IMG/VR virus record: IMGVR_UViG_3300046516_000964
Length of the DNA stretch: 64,000 bases
Origin: a virus
Taxonomy: Duplodnaviria > Heunggongvirae > Uroviricota > Caudoviricetes
Strand: one strand, 5' to 3'
In this document: positions 29,090-37,575 of the stretch, one piece after another
Layout of the letters: every line of letters starts with the position of its first letter
Numbering within the stretch: position 1 is the first letter of the stretch
Notes under the pieces: generated by a model
Database searches by the model: none
The model's input: the letters and a program-made list of their open reading frames with translations, nothing else
What the model was told of the DNA's origin: nothing
Translations under genes and position numbers: made by a program

Positions 29090-29311
29090 ATGAGGAAGCT
29101 CTACTGCTACGACGGTCCCCGAGGGACAGACCCGCACGCCATCATCATCGAGCTGAACGACCCCGACGCGTTGCGATGGGAACAAGCAAAAGAACACAGG
29201 GTCTCAGTTGTTGTCACGGATCAGGCAACACACAAGTACTGGATTGTTTCATCAGCACCATGCGGAGCGTCGTGTCATTGCGCCGCGATGGCCGTCAGAT
29301 ATTCAACGTAA
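29090..29311 (+). CDS. Hypothetical protein
   Basis: Start MRKLYCYDG after the RBS GGAGAAACC. The ATG at 29060 listed in the track lies inside a hairpin (GCCCGCAT-CAT-GCGGGC). Confidence 0.45.
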   Translation: MRKLYCYDGPRGTDPHAIIIELNDPDALRWEQAKEHRVSVVVTDQATHKYWIVSSAPCGASCHCAAMAVRYST

Positions 29312-29320
29312 CTTGTTACG
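29307..29320. repeat. Palindrome CGTAACTTGTTACG
   Basis: Contains the TAA stop of the upstream gene; 15 nt upstream of the GTG at 29336. Confidence 0.6.
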
Positions 29321-29335
29321 GAGAAAGGAGAAAAG

Positions 29336-29883
29336 TGAGCACGTTCACGACTAGACGCACGGTCAAGAAGTGCACCACCCCGGCGGAGGTGATCCACGAG
29401 TGCCTCCTCGACATCCGCGACGGGCTCTGGGTTTGCGGGACCCTCAGCAAGAACAACACCACGTGCACCCATGTGGAGAAGCCGCTCGGTTGCGCGGTTG
29501 GGATGGTCGGGATCAACACCGGCCATTGCGAGTGGGAACTGCTCCGCAACGACACCTTCCAGTTCCTTATCAAGGAAACATGGGAGAACGAGGACGGCTA
29601 CATGTGGGATGACCCTCTTGCGAAGAAGTGCATCGAGATTCTCGCAGAGGCTTCGCTCACGATCAGCGACTGGCATCGCGAGAACTACGTCGACAGCATG
29701 GACCTGTGGGTCTACGACAACGACGGCAATACCAACATCCCGTCTCTCGAAAAGATCGTTGCGTACATGCTGGAGAGTGACCCGCAGGACTGCGTGATCA
29801 CCTACAACGACGGCAACATCGATCGCGAGCAGGCGACGGCGTGGTTCCAGCTAGCCCTCGAAATGGCGCAATCGGGGCGATGA
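29336..29883 (+). CDS. Hypothetical protein
   Basis: 182 aa; GTG start after the RBS AAAGGAGAAAA. Confidence 0.55.
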
Positions 29884-30569
29884 GCAGCGAACGCGTTTGG
29901 GACGTCCACGCGCCGAACGTCGAGCCGCGCGAATGCAAGTACTGCGGACTGATCTTCTACCCGGAGAAACCGCAGTTCCTGTACTGCCCCGAGCATCGAG
30001 AATCGAAGTACGTCATGCGCGTAAGACACAGGGAGAGACTGCCGGCGCCGCGCAAGATGATCACTCGCACCTGCTTCTCCTGCAAGCAGAAGTTCACGTT
30101 CAAGAGCGGGAAGGGAACGGGGACGAGGGCCACGTGTGACGCGTGCCGCGAAGCAAAGAACATCGGTCATTCCGCCGTTATTTTCGCGCAGAACGAGGGG
30201 ATGAGCATGTTCGACCCGGACAGGGAGATGGCTCTCAAGGCGACCACCTGGGACAGTGAGTACGCGCGCATAGAGGGTGAGTTTCTCGTAGAGGAGCAGG
30301 ACGTTCTTCAATACCTGGAGGCGAACGAGATCGTGTACGGGCGCAGCATCACCGAGCACCATCAGAGCCTGCGGGTGCTCGATCGGTTGGAGCTCGCAAT
30401 CGAGCGTGTCAACCCGAAAAAGGTCGAGGAAATGAGGTTCTGGGCCCGTCATGCGCTCAGAGAACACAAACCGCAGCAAACGGTCGAGTCGGTTTGGTCT
30501 GAGCCAGCGCGCTCAGCGAAAGAACAGTGGGTTATCAACTTCATCAACAAGAAGAGGAGCGGGTGGTGA
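29880..30569 (+). CDS. Hypothetical Cys-rich (zinc-finger-like) protein
   Basis: ATGA overlap with the upstream stop; several CxxC pairs (CKYCG, CFSCKQ, CDAC). Confidence 0.55.
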   Translation: MSSERVWDVHAPNVEPRECKYCGLIFYPEKPQFLYCPEHRESKYVMRVRHRERLPAPRKMITRTCFSCKQKFTFKSGKGTGTRATCDACREAKNIGHSAVIFAQNEGMSMFDPDREMALKATTWDSEYARIEGEFLVEEQDVLQYLEANEIVYGRSITEHHQSLRVLDRLELAIERVNPKKVEEMRFWARHALREHKPQQTVESVWSEPARSAKEQWVINFINKKRSGW

Positions 30570-30772
30570 TACGCCTCGGAATCATTCTTGTGTTCCTGAT
30601 CGTGTTCTTCTTCATGTTCCGCTGGTTCTACCGTAACGTCGTTACACCCGCTCTTCACGACAGACACCAGAAGAGCGTTCAGGAGATCGAGAAGGAAAAC
30701 AGCGAGCTCGACGAAGCTCTTGCTCGCATGCATACCGAAAAATCAACGTTCGCTAAGGAAAAGGAGAAATAG
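30566..30772 (+). CDS. Small membrane protein
   Basis: GTGA overlap with the upstream stop; one TM helix (LGIILVFLIVFFFMF) followed by a coiled coil. Confidence 0.45.
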   Translation: MIRLGIILVFLIVFFFMFRWFYRNVVTPALHDRHQKSVQEIEKENSELDEALARMHTEKSTFAKEKEK

Positions 30773-30775
30773 AAT

Positions 30776-31700
30776 GCTCTGGCTCATCCTCACCATCATC
30801 TTCGGTGTCATTGGCATAGGTGCTCTCGTCGTCGGTATGGGCAGCGCAGGTAGAGACAGGCCGGGGCCGTACGCTGTCTCAGCTCTCTGCGGCGTCGCCT
30901 GGTTCATCCTCACGCTCTTCCTCTGCATCCACACAGTCGGGCAGACCCAGGTCGGGGTCGTCTACAACTTCTCCGGCACGATCGCCGGAAAGAGGTCGCC
31001 GGGTGTTGTCTGGACGATGCCGTGGCAGCACATCAAGACGGAGAGCGTCGCGGTCACGAAGGAGCAGTTCGTCTTCGATCAACAGAACTCGGCGGTCTCG
31101 AAAGACCAGCAGCCGATCACCGCAACGATCGTCGTCAACTACCAGGTCTCTCCACAGGACGTGATCGACCTGTTCAAAACAGTGGGGACGAACTGGCAGG
31201 CGACGCTGCTCGACGGCCGCGTGCCGCAGGACTTCAAGGAAACGACCGCGCTGTTCACCTCTCCGCAGATCACGCTCAACCGTTCTCTGCTACACGACGA
31301 CGTGGTTAAACGTTTGAAGACGGAGATGTGCCCGAACACAACGGCGAAACCGTGGTGCGTGAGCATCGTCGATGTGTTCATCTCGAACGTTGGCTACTCG
31401 CAGGCGTACACGAACGCGATCGAGCAGAAGCAGGTCCAGGTGCAGCAGGCCGAGCAGGCGCAGGCGAAAGTCGCTCAGTCGCGTGCTGAAGCCGAGCAGA
31501 ACGTCGCGATCGCTCGCGGCAAGGCAGAGGCTGTTGTGCTCGCCGCGAAGGCTCAGGCGCAGTCTCTCGCGCTTAAGGGCAAGGCGCTGCGTGACAACCC
31601 GCAGATCCTGCAACTGGAAGCGATCGACAAGATCAACCCGAACGCGACGATCATCTGCCAGAGCAAGTGCCCGTCGTTCATCACCGCGGCCGGCAAGTAG
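30776..31700 (+). CDS. SPFH / band-7 (prohibitin / HflK-like) membrane protein
   Basis: N-terminal TM helices, an SPFH core (VGVVYNFSGTIAGKRSPGVVWTMPWQ...) and an Ala/Gln-rich coiled coil, AEQAQAKVAQSRAEAEQNVAIARGKAEA... Confidence 0.75.
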
Positions 31701-31702
31701 TC

Positions 31703-31716
31703 CGTAACTAGTTACG
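31703..31716. repeat. Palindrome CGTAACTAGTTACG
   Basis: 17 nt upstream of the ATG at 31734. Confidence 0.6.
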
Positions 31717-31733
31717 CTCTAAGAGAGGAGAAC

Positions 31734-32051
31734 ATGACCGCTTTCGACAGCAACGACCCGGACGAACACGATGAGCCAACTAGGCGCGGGCTGCGCGTTC
31801 GTATCGCACCGAACCTCCCGTCCGCGGACGAGCACGCACAGCAGATGCTCAGGATGCAGGCACGGCATCAGGGCCAGCCGCCGATCATCCCCGCTCGTGA
31901 TCAGGCGGTCGCGCCGACCGTGTGTGATGAGTGCGGCGAGCAGATGTGGGCTTCGATCATCTCGCGGAGAGACATCTGCTCGGTGTGCCGCGCAAAAGAG
32001 GAGACGACCCGGTCGACGATCCTCGGGCAGATCATGGACCGGTTTAGTTGA
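31734..32051 (+). CDS. Hypothetical zinc-ribbon protein
   Basis: CDECGEQ...CSVCRAKEE. Confidence 0.5.
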   Translation: MTAFDSNDPDEHDEPTRRGLRVRIAPNLPSADEHAQQMLRMQARHQGQPPIIPARDQAVAPTVCDECGEQMWASIISRRDICSVCRAKEETTRSTILGQIMDRFS

Positions 32052-32293
32052 CGAACGTTGCGGCGCACGAGAACATCGAGCGATCACTTGCGCGCGACCG
32101 GTGGTCGTTGACGGAGCGAGAGATAGAGATCATCGACCACGCCGCCAAAGGGCTCACGGCCGATGAGACAGGAATGTTGATGTTTCTATCAACGCCGACG
32201 GTGAAGTGGCATCGAAGGAACGCGACGGGGAAGCTTCGCGCCCGCAACCTCACGCACGCCGTATCACTGGCCCATCAACTCGGGATCATCTAA
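32048..32293 (+). CDS. LuxR/GerE-family HTH transcriptional regulator
   Basis: LTEREIEIIDHAAKGLTADETGMLMFLSTPTVKWHRRNATGKL matches the GerE-type HTH pattern; TTG start overlapping the upstream stop. Confidence 0.6.
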   Translation: MTNVAAHENIERSLARDRWSLTEREIEIIDHAAKGLTADETGMLMFLSTPTVKWHRRNATGKLRARNLTHAVSLAHQLGII

Positions 32294-32409
32294 TGAAGGG
32301 AGCTGTCGTGTTCTTCCTAGTCGTCTCGGCGATCGTCTTTCTTCTTGCGGCGTTCTGGTTTGTTGTGGCCTACGCGAAAGGAGGGAGTGATGAAGGAAGC
32401 GAACGGTGA
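32293..32409 (+). CDS. Small membrane peptide (38 aa)
   Basis: TAATGA junction with the upstream gene; MKGAVVFFLVVSAIVFLLAAFWFVVAYAKGG... Confidence 0.35.
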   Translation: MKGAVVFFLVVSAIVFLLAAFWFVVAYAKGGSDEGSER

Positions 32410-32857
32410 CCTGTGGGGAATGCGCGTCGACGCTGTATGCATCACCACAAACGGCGTCGTGGTTGGCAACGAGGCAGCGATGGGCGGCGGGTGCGCGCTC
32501 GAAGCACGACACATGTTCCCGGGTATCGCGCGAGAGCTCGGATCGCTGATCACAGCGCACGGAAACCATGTTTTCCATCTCGCCACTCCGCGTCACGGCT
32601 GGTACGACGGGGAGAACGGGGAAGAACACACAACAGAAGTGATCGCTTTCCCCGTTAAGCAACATTGGCGGCAAGCTGCCAACCTTGATCTGATCGAACA
32701 GTCCGCTGAGGAGCTGGTGAAACTCACCGAGGACTGGAGTTGGGAGTCGGTCGCGATCCCACGACCGGGGTGTGGTCTCGGTCGGCTCAAGTGGGAGGAA
32801 GTGAAACCACTGATCGAACCGATCCTGGACGACCGCTTCATCGTGGTGACGTTCTGA
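32390..32857 (+). CDS. Macro-domain (ADP-ribose-binding / processing) protein
   Basis: GDLWGMRVDAVCITTNGVVVGNEAAMGGGCALEA...HVFHLATP...VIAFPVKQ follows the macro-domain motif order (N-x6-GGG, ...H..P, AFP). RBS AAAGGAGGGA. Confidence 0.55.
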   Translation: MKEANGDLWGMRVDAVCITTNGVVVGNEAAMGGGCALEARHMFPGIARELGSLITAHGNHVFHLATPRHGWYDGENGEEHTTEVIAFPVKQHWRQAANLDLIEQSAEELVKLTEDWSWESVAIPRPGCGLGRLKWEEVKPLIEPILDDRFIVVTF

Positions 32858-33177
32858 TGGCCCGCCTGAACATCATCAACGGGGAGAAAACTACGGTCGA
32901 AGTGTTGCTATCTCGCCGGAACCTGCTCACGCTCCTGCAGAAACTCGAAATGCGTGGTTCGTACTGCGGGATCACGAACAACGACACGTTCGAGGACGGC
33001 GAGCCCACGACCGGCGTGGAGCTTGTCCTAATCGCCGAAGAGGATGAGCCACACTACGCCAGGAGAGAGCTAGGTCCCGGCGAGATGCACCCAACAACGG
33101 AGATGGTGATCCAGGCGCAAGGAGCGAAACCTCCGACGGAGATCATTCTTCGTCTTCCTTCTGTCCGCCAGGGTTGA
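32857..33177 (+). CDS. Hypothetical protein
   Basis: TGATG overlap with the upstream stop; 106 aa. Confidence 0.45.
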   Translation: MARLNIINGEKTTVEVLLSRRNLLTLLQKLEMRGSYCGITNNDTFEDGEPTTGVELVLIAEEDEPHYARRELGPGEMHPTTEMVIQAQGAKPPTEIILRLPSVRQG

Positions 33178-33589
33178 GCTCCAACTTAAAGTTCAGCACC
33201 CCCTCGCCGTCGCCGGCGAACTCGATCCGAGTGGGAATGTGGTACCGCTCTGGCATCCGTCGTTCAAGCAACCACTCAAGGTGCTTGGTGTCGTACTCCT
33301 TGATCACACCGACCATCTCACCGCGCTGGAATACGGGGCGTTCGTTCGGCTCAACGGCCCTGCGCATTGCCTCGTATTCCAGAGCATCGTTCATCATGCG
33401 GTACGCCTGCTCCAACATCATTTTGAACGTGGGCTCTGCTTTCGCTCGCTCTTTGACGACGTTCTCGTGAATGCCTGCAACATCACAGGCCTTGCCGAGA
33501 ATGCCGTATTCAGTCAGAAGAGCATCGAAGAACTTCTTCTCCCACGGTTCCGGCGAATAGCCGCCATCTTCGTAACTTGTTACGCTCAT
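33143..33589 (-). CDS. HTH DNA-binding protein (terminase small-subunit-like N-terminus)
   Basis: N-terminal helical, DNA-binding-like region (WEKKFFDALLTEYGILGKACDVAGIHENVV). Its start codons ATG AGC GTA ACA AGT TAC GAA are a palindrome copy. Confidence 0.45.
   Translation of the reverse strand: MSVTSYEDGGYSPEPWEKKFFDALLTEYGILGKACDVAGIHENVVKERAKAEPTFKMMLEQAYRMMNDALEYEAMRRAVEPNERPVFQRGEMVGVIKEYDTKHLEWLLERRMPERYHIPTRIEFAGDGEGVLNFKLELNPGGQKEDEE
33571..33584. repeat. Palindrome CGTAACTTGTTACG
   Basis: Embedded in the start of the 33143..33589 gene and the end of the ParB-like gene. Confidence 0.5.
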
Positions 33590-34530
33590 TTGTCGTGGTC
33601 GTATCGGAGGTACACCCCGTCGAGGTTCTGGAAGATCGTCAGCATCGAACCGCAGTTCGGGCAGGCGCTGTGACCAATGTCCTCCCGAGATGTAGAACGG
33701 ACAGCTGGTTTCACTTCGAACTCACGACCGCGACGGTCCACACGAATCTCCGGCTCACGTACGAGCTGAACTGATTTCGACTTCCCTGCTGCAACGACCT
33801 GATCTGTTGACGGCTGGTACTCCTGCTCGCGGCGGAGCTCCTCGCGAATCCGTCCGATCGTCGGGGCTGACACACCACAAGAGGTGGCGAGACTGCGATC
33901 GCTTTTCTGCCAGTTTGCGAGCAGTTCGCGGCGGACGATCTCGTGCTTCTGCTTCTGGGACATCTGCCGGCGGACCGTGTTGACCGCCAAAGCGATCTCA
34001 TGCTCCTGCTCCAACGTGAGCCCCTGGATGAAGATCGCTGGAACCTCAATATCGAGTTCTTGCGCGACGACGCAGCGATGCCGGCCGTCGATGATCGAAT
34101 GGTCGCCGATCAGTACAGGCGTCTGAATCCCATGCTCTTTGACGCTGTCTTTGAGGGAGTCGATCTCGTCACGCGACAAGGGGTAGACGTGATTGTCTCC
34201 GTGCGTCAGCATGATCTCCCGACGCAGTTCCGCCAGTCGATCCGAGACCCAGGATGGCGTCTGCCCTAGCTCGTTTGCGATCGTAGTCAGGTTGTAGCCA
34301 TCGAGCATCTCGTCCACTATTCTGAACTTGATCGCTTTGCCTCTCTCCGAGATCTTCGACCAGTCGATCTCCGACGGAGGTTTCCAAGTCGTCGAAGACG
34401 TAGTCGTTGATTCTTGATCCGTTCCGTCCGAGTATTCGCCTTGGTCCGACGTCGACGGCTCTTGCTGAGACGATCCAGCGTGCGTAGATGTCAAATCTGT
34501 CGGTCCTTTCCGGGTCGAAGCTTGACTCAA
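33586..34530 (-). CDS. ParB-like nuclease domain protein (start uncertain)
   Basis: ParB N-terminal domain motif PVLIGDHSIIDGRHRCVVAQELDIEVPAIFI, an HTH and a C-terminal CxxC...CPNC. The N-terminal ~70 aa of the listed ORF are S/T-rich with low GC3. Confidence 0.6.
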   Translation of the reverse strand: MSQASTRKGPTDLTSTHAGSSQQEPSTSDQGEYSDGTDQESTTTSSTTWKPPSEIDWSKISERGKAIKFRIVDEMLDGYNLTTIANELGQTPSWVSDRLAELRREIMLTHGDNHVYPLSRDEIDSLKDSVKEHGIQTPVLIGDHSIIDGRHRCVVAQELDIEVPAIFIQGLTLEQEHEIALAVNTVRRQMSQKQKHEIVRRELLANWQKSDRSLATSCGVSAPTIGRIREELRREQEYQPSTDQVVAAGKSKSVQLVREPEIRVDRRGREFEVKPAVRSTSREDIGHSACPNCGSMLTIFQNLDGVYLRYDHDK

Positions 34531-34705
34531 GCCCCCACAAGATAGCGACGAGCTCCATCAGGGAGTCATCGTAGAACTCGGGGCGAAGAAACATCCCCCA
34601 GCGCGCAAAAGCCTCGTCGAGATGCTTTCGACAGAAAGATTCAGCGTCGTGTACGGGCCCGCGGAACTGGGCCCCAACACTGAACGGACGCTGGTAGAGG
34701 CGCAT
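34169..34705 (-). CDS. Hypothetical protein overlapping the ParB-like gene in another frame
   Basis: The first ~75 aa look protein-like with high GC3; the downstream part degenerates where the ParB frame becomes coding-like. Confidence 0.3.
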   Translation of the reverse strand: MRLYQRPFSVGAQFRGPVHDAESFCRKHLDEAFARWGMFLRPEFYDDSLMELVAILWGLESSFDPERTDRFDIYARWIVSARAVDVGPRRILGRNGSRINDYVFDDLETSVGDRLVEDLGERQSDQVQNSGRDARWLQPDYDRKRARADAILGLGSTGGTASGDHADARRQSRLPLVA

Positions 34706-34738
34706 CGGCCGCAGGATAGCGTCTGTGGTTGACGTACG

Positions 34739-34772
34739 CCTAGCTATATCTACCCGAAGAGGGGTATACTGT
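34739..34772 (+). promoter_or_regulatory. SigA-like promoter P3
   Basis: -35 TAGCTA (34741-34746), 18-nt spacer, -10 ggGTATACT (34765-34770). Confidence 0.5.
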
Positions 34773-34881
34773 AGTTAGCGGGCCGAATGCTTCTATCCAA
34801 AGCCGTGGGGCGGCGCATGGTGCGCGGGGAGAACCCGCGACAGGGTTGTTTCTCCTTCCCTTAGGAAACAGAGCCGCCCCA

Positions 34882-34895
34882 CGTAACTCGTTACG
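34882..34895. repeat. Palindrome CGTAACTCGTTACG
   Basis: Lies in the P3 leader, 20 nt upstream of the ATG at 34916. Confidence 0.6.
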
Positions 34896-34915
34896 GACGC
34901 TAAAGAAGGAGAGCG

Positions 34916-35164
34916 ATGAGTGACGAACGCCGTGAGCAGATGGTCAGAGCCGCCGCGCACGCTCGCAAAGCGCATGAGGAGAATGCCAGGAGGTATCACG
35001 AGACTCACACGTACATCCATCTCTCGATCAAGAACGAAGTGAGGGATGCTCTGACAGCGGAAGCGAGTAAACGTGGGATTACACGAGCAGAGCTGATACG
35101 CGAAGCGATCGACGCGCACGTGAAGACATTTCGTAAACCAGTCAAACGAGGAGGATGGTCATGA
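34916..35164 (+). CDS. Ribbon-helix-helix DNA-binding protein
   Basis: THTYIHLSIKNEVRDALTAEASKRGITRAELIREAIDAHV is an RHH signature. Confidence 0.5.
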   Translation: MSDERREQMVRAAAHARKAHEENARRYHETHTYIHLSIKNEVRDALTAEASKRGITRAELIREAIDAHVKTFRKPVKRGGWS

Positions 35165-35364
35165 GTAAGGTGGTGGAAGGATTCATGTTCGAACCTCCGA
35201 TCCCGAGTGACGAGCCCGCGCGGGAGGGGACTGTGTGTCAGATCGTCGAGAGAGAGGAGAGCAACAACACTCTCGAAACAGGGCCGGCGTTCCTAGTTCG
35301 ATTCGGGGATGGGTTCGAGATGGAGGCGTACTCTGCGGAACTACGTCCGTGGTACGCGACGTAG
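35155..35364 (+). CDS. Hypothetical protein
   Basis: 69 aa; ATGA overlap with the upstream stop. Confidence 0.45.
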   Translation: MVMSKVVEGFMFEPPIPSDEPAREGTVCQIVEREESNNTLETGPAFLVRFGDGFEMEAYSAELRPWYAT

Positions 35365-35547
35365 ATGACGAAACGGGAAACAGATCTCTGTCTCCGCATC
35401 ACGTGGGATGACGAACTCACGGACCATCCGACCGGGTGGGAGTGGCAGGAGCTCGTGAACGGGCCTTTCGAGGGCGCTCAGGACTCTCAGGTGTCGGTGG
35501 TCTCGTTCACTGATGAAGACGAGCGCGGCGACCCAGTCCTCGTCTAA
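35365..35547 (+). CDS. Hypothetical acidic protein
   Basis: 60 aa; TAGATG junction with the upstream gene. Confidence 0.4.
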   Translation: MTKRETDLCLRITWDDELTDHPTGWEWQELVNGPFEGAQDSQVSVVSFTDEDERGDPVLV

Positions 35548-35771
35548 TGGGAGCACCACAAAAAGAAACTCGGGTAACTCAGCGAGCGCGGAGAGGAATC
35601 ACCGCGAAGGGGACTTCCACGTCCGTCTATCTGCTGCCCGGTGACGAAGAACAACTGAAGATCATTCAGGACGAACTCGGATCGAGTATGTCAGATGCAA
35701 TCCGTACCTCAATCCGTGTGTACGCCGCGATCATCACTCAGATGAAGCGGACAAGACCACCGCGTAACTAG
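35547..35771 (+). CDS. RHH-like DNA-binding protein
   Basis: TSVYLLPGDEEQLKIIQDELGSSMSDAIRTSIRVYA. Confidence 0.45.
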   Translation: MGAPQKETRVTQRARRGITAKGTSTSVYLLPGDEEQLKIIQDELGSSMSDAIRTSIRVYAAIITQMKRTRPPRN

Positions 35772-35776
35772 TTACG
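35763..35776. repeat. Palindrome CGTAACTAGTTACG
   Basis: Contains the TAG stop of the upstream gene; 24 nt upstream of the ATG at 35801. Confidence 0.6.
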
Positions 35777-35800
35777 CGTCTAAAAGAGAGGAGATCGACA

Positions 35801-36571
35801 ATGCACGTGTCCAGAAAAGCTGGGCTCCGATTCGGCTCCCCCGCACTCAACCCCGAGGAACGGGACGTTGTGCAAGTGGGCCTCGCAGGAGCGGTGTCTT
35901 CGAAGGACAAGAAGTTCCGCACCATGCACGAAGGGTGCGGAGGCACGATCAAGGAACCGAAAACGTGCTCGAAGTGCGAGAAAACCGTCGAGCAGGAGGA
36001 CCTCGTCTCCGGGTACGAGTACGCGAAAGACGAGTTCATCGTCTTCACGCGACCTGAGCTCGACGCGCTCGACGTGGAGAAGACGCCGTTCATCGACGTG
36101 ACGAAGTTCGTTCTCTACGAGGAGCTCGACCTGACGATGCTCGCGAGCCAGTATTACCTTGTTCCCGACAAGGTGGTTCCTGGAAGGTACGGGGTGCTGT
36201 ATCAGGTGCTCACCACGATGAGAGCGGCCGGGATCGGGTCAACGACCATCTGGGGGAAAGAGCATCCGATCGCGGTCTACCCTCACGGCGGCGTGCTGAT
36301 GCTCGCGACCTTGAACCTGCACGAGGACCTCGTCGAGCCTGATTTCACGGCACCGGTACCGTCGAAGGCGGCGCTGGCGGAGTTCAAGCCTCGGGTCCTG
36401 GCCCTAATGGGACATCTGGACCCGGAGGACCTGGAGTCGGAGTCCCGCCGGCGTAAGAACGATCTGATCGCAGCCAGATCGGATGGGCCCACGACCGACC
36501 CTCCGAACCTGGTGGAGGAGCTGAAGAAGACGGTGAAGGCGCGAAGGCCGAAGGCGAAGGCGAAGGCGTGA
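35801..36571 (+). CDS. ku: Ku-like DNA end-binding protein (NHEJ)
   Basis: Aligns to bacterial Ku (FRTMHEGCGGTIKEPKTCSKCEKTVEQEDLVSGYEYAKDEFIVFTRPELDAL against Mtb Ku FHQVHAKDNGRIRYKRVCEACGEVV...); Lys-rich tail RRPKAKAKA as in mycobacterial Ku. Confidence 0.8.
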   Translation: MHVSRKAGLRFGSPALNPEERDVVQVGLAGAVSSKDKKFRTMHEGCGGTIKEPKTCSKCEKTVEQEDLVSGYEYAKDEFIVFTRPELDALDVEKTPFIDVTKFVLYEELDLTMLASQYYLVPDKVVPGRYGVLYQVLTTMRAAGIGSTTIWGKEHPIAVYPHGGVLMLATLNLHEDLVEPDFTAPVPSKAALAEFKPRVLALMGHLDPEDLESESRRRKNDLIAARSDGPTTDPPNLVEELKKTVKARRPKAKAKA

Positions 36572-36572
36572 C

Positions 36573-36770
36573 ATGAAAAAAAAGGCGAGGGATCTCGTTC
36601 CTGGAGATGTGATCGCTGTTTCGGAGAAACATCCGCATACAGCCTTTGCGTTTGGCTCAGGATGGAAAGCTGAGGTTCTCGAAATACATGAAACAATCGA
36701 TGTCGTATTCATCGGTCATGAAGTTCTCAGCATGCGTCCTGATGACCAAGTGGAGGTGGTCGAGCCATGA
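36573..36770 (+). CDS. Hypothetical protein
   Basis: 65 aa; starts 2 nt after the ku stop. Confidence 0.45.
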   Translation: MKKKARDLVPGDVIAVSEKHPHTAFAFGSGWKAEVLEIHETIDVVFIGHEVLSMRPDDQVEVVEP

Positions 36771-37198
36771 CCTCATCCTGGGAGGATCTAATCAAGAGGC
36801 CCTACAAGCGCTGGTACCAGTTCGGCCTGGGCTCGCCGAAGGTTCTCTACAGGCGATTCCAGAGCAAGCATTACTGGATCGGCCGTCCCATCTGGCGAAC
36901 GAAGATGTCGTGGCAGCGCGTCGCCAGGGGCTACTCCGATGAGGACTGCTGGGGTCTCGACCATCATCTCGCGAGAGTGATCGTCGGTGGTGTCCAGAAC
37001 CTCCGGAAGTGGCAGACCGGGTATCCGTCCGAGTTCGACTCCTGGGAGGATTGGGACGTGATCCTCGCGCAGATCGAGGAGGGCTTCCAGGCGTGGTGGG
37101 ACGAGGGAGGGTACTTCCACGAACGCCCAGACCTGGAAGCGAAGTTCACTCGGGGCATGGATCTGCTCGGTGAGTGGTTCGGCGCTCTCTGGGATTAG
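36767..37198 (+). CDS. Hypothetical Trp-rich protein
   Basis: 143 aa; ATGA overlap with the upstream stop. Confidence 0.5.
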   Translation: MTSSWEDLIKRPYKRWYQFGLGSPKVLYRRFQSKHYWIGRPIWRTKMSWQRVARGYSDEDCWGLDHHLARVIVGGVQNLRKWQTGYPSEFDSWEDWDVILAQIEEGFQAWWDEGGYFHERPDLEAKFTRGMDLLGEWFGALWD

Positions 37199-37207
37199 CA
37201 TGAGGTT

Positions 37208-37278
37208 GGGTCGGTGGCTCAGTGGTGAGCGTGGGCCTTTTAAGCCCGACGGTGCAGGTTCGACTCCTGCCCGGCCCA
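37208..37278 (+). tRNA. tRNA-Lys(TTT): tRNA-Lys (anticodon TTT)
   Basis: Cloverleaf GGGTCGG / CCGGCCC acceptor (one G-U pair), D-arm GCTC-AGTGGT-GAGC, anticodon stem TGGGC / GCCCG with loop CTTTTAA, T-arm GCAGG-TTCGACT-CCTGC, discriminator A. The 163-aa antisense ORF across it is spurious. Confidence 0.75.
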
Positions 37279-37296
37279 TGAAAGGGGTGATGATCG

Positions 37297-37557
37297 GTGC
37301 CGATCACTGATCCTGAGAGAAAGCGAGAAGTCACGAAGGCGTGGCGTGAGAAGAAGATGAAAGAGGGGTACGGAAAAGCCCTGTGGCGGCGGCGAGCTCA
37401 CATCTACAAGAACGAAGAGACACTGAGGATGGGATTGGAAAACGTTCTTCACTCGGCCCGTGAAGCCTCAGAAACACCCACATGGATCATCCAACGTTTG
37501 GAGCGACTCCTGGAGTCCGCGCCGGCAGTGGGAAAACCGGCCGACTATATGGAGTAA
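37297..37557 (+). CDS. Hypothetical basic protein
   Basis: 86 aa; GTG start; its TAA stop lies inside a palindrome copy. Confidence 0.45.
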   Translation: MPITDPERKREVTKAWREKKMKEGYGKALWRRRAHIYKNEETLRMGLENVLHSAREASETPTWIIQRLERLLESAPAVGKPADYME

Positions 37558-37566
37558 CTCGTTACG
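37553..37566. repeat. Palindrome variant AGTAACTCGTTACG
   Basis: 9 nt upstream of the GTG at 37576. Confidence 0.5.
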
Positions 37567-37575
37567 GAGGCTGAT

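Noticed and set aside
36788-37279. 163-aa minus-strand ORF
   Set aside because: It overlaps the tRNA-Lys gene and the 3' end of a well-supported plus gene; antisense artefact.
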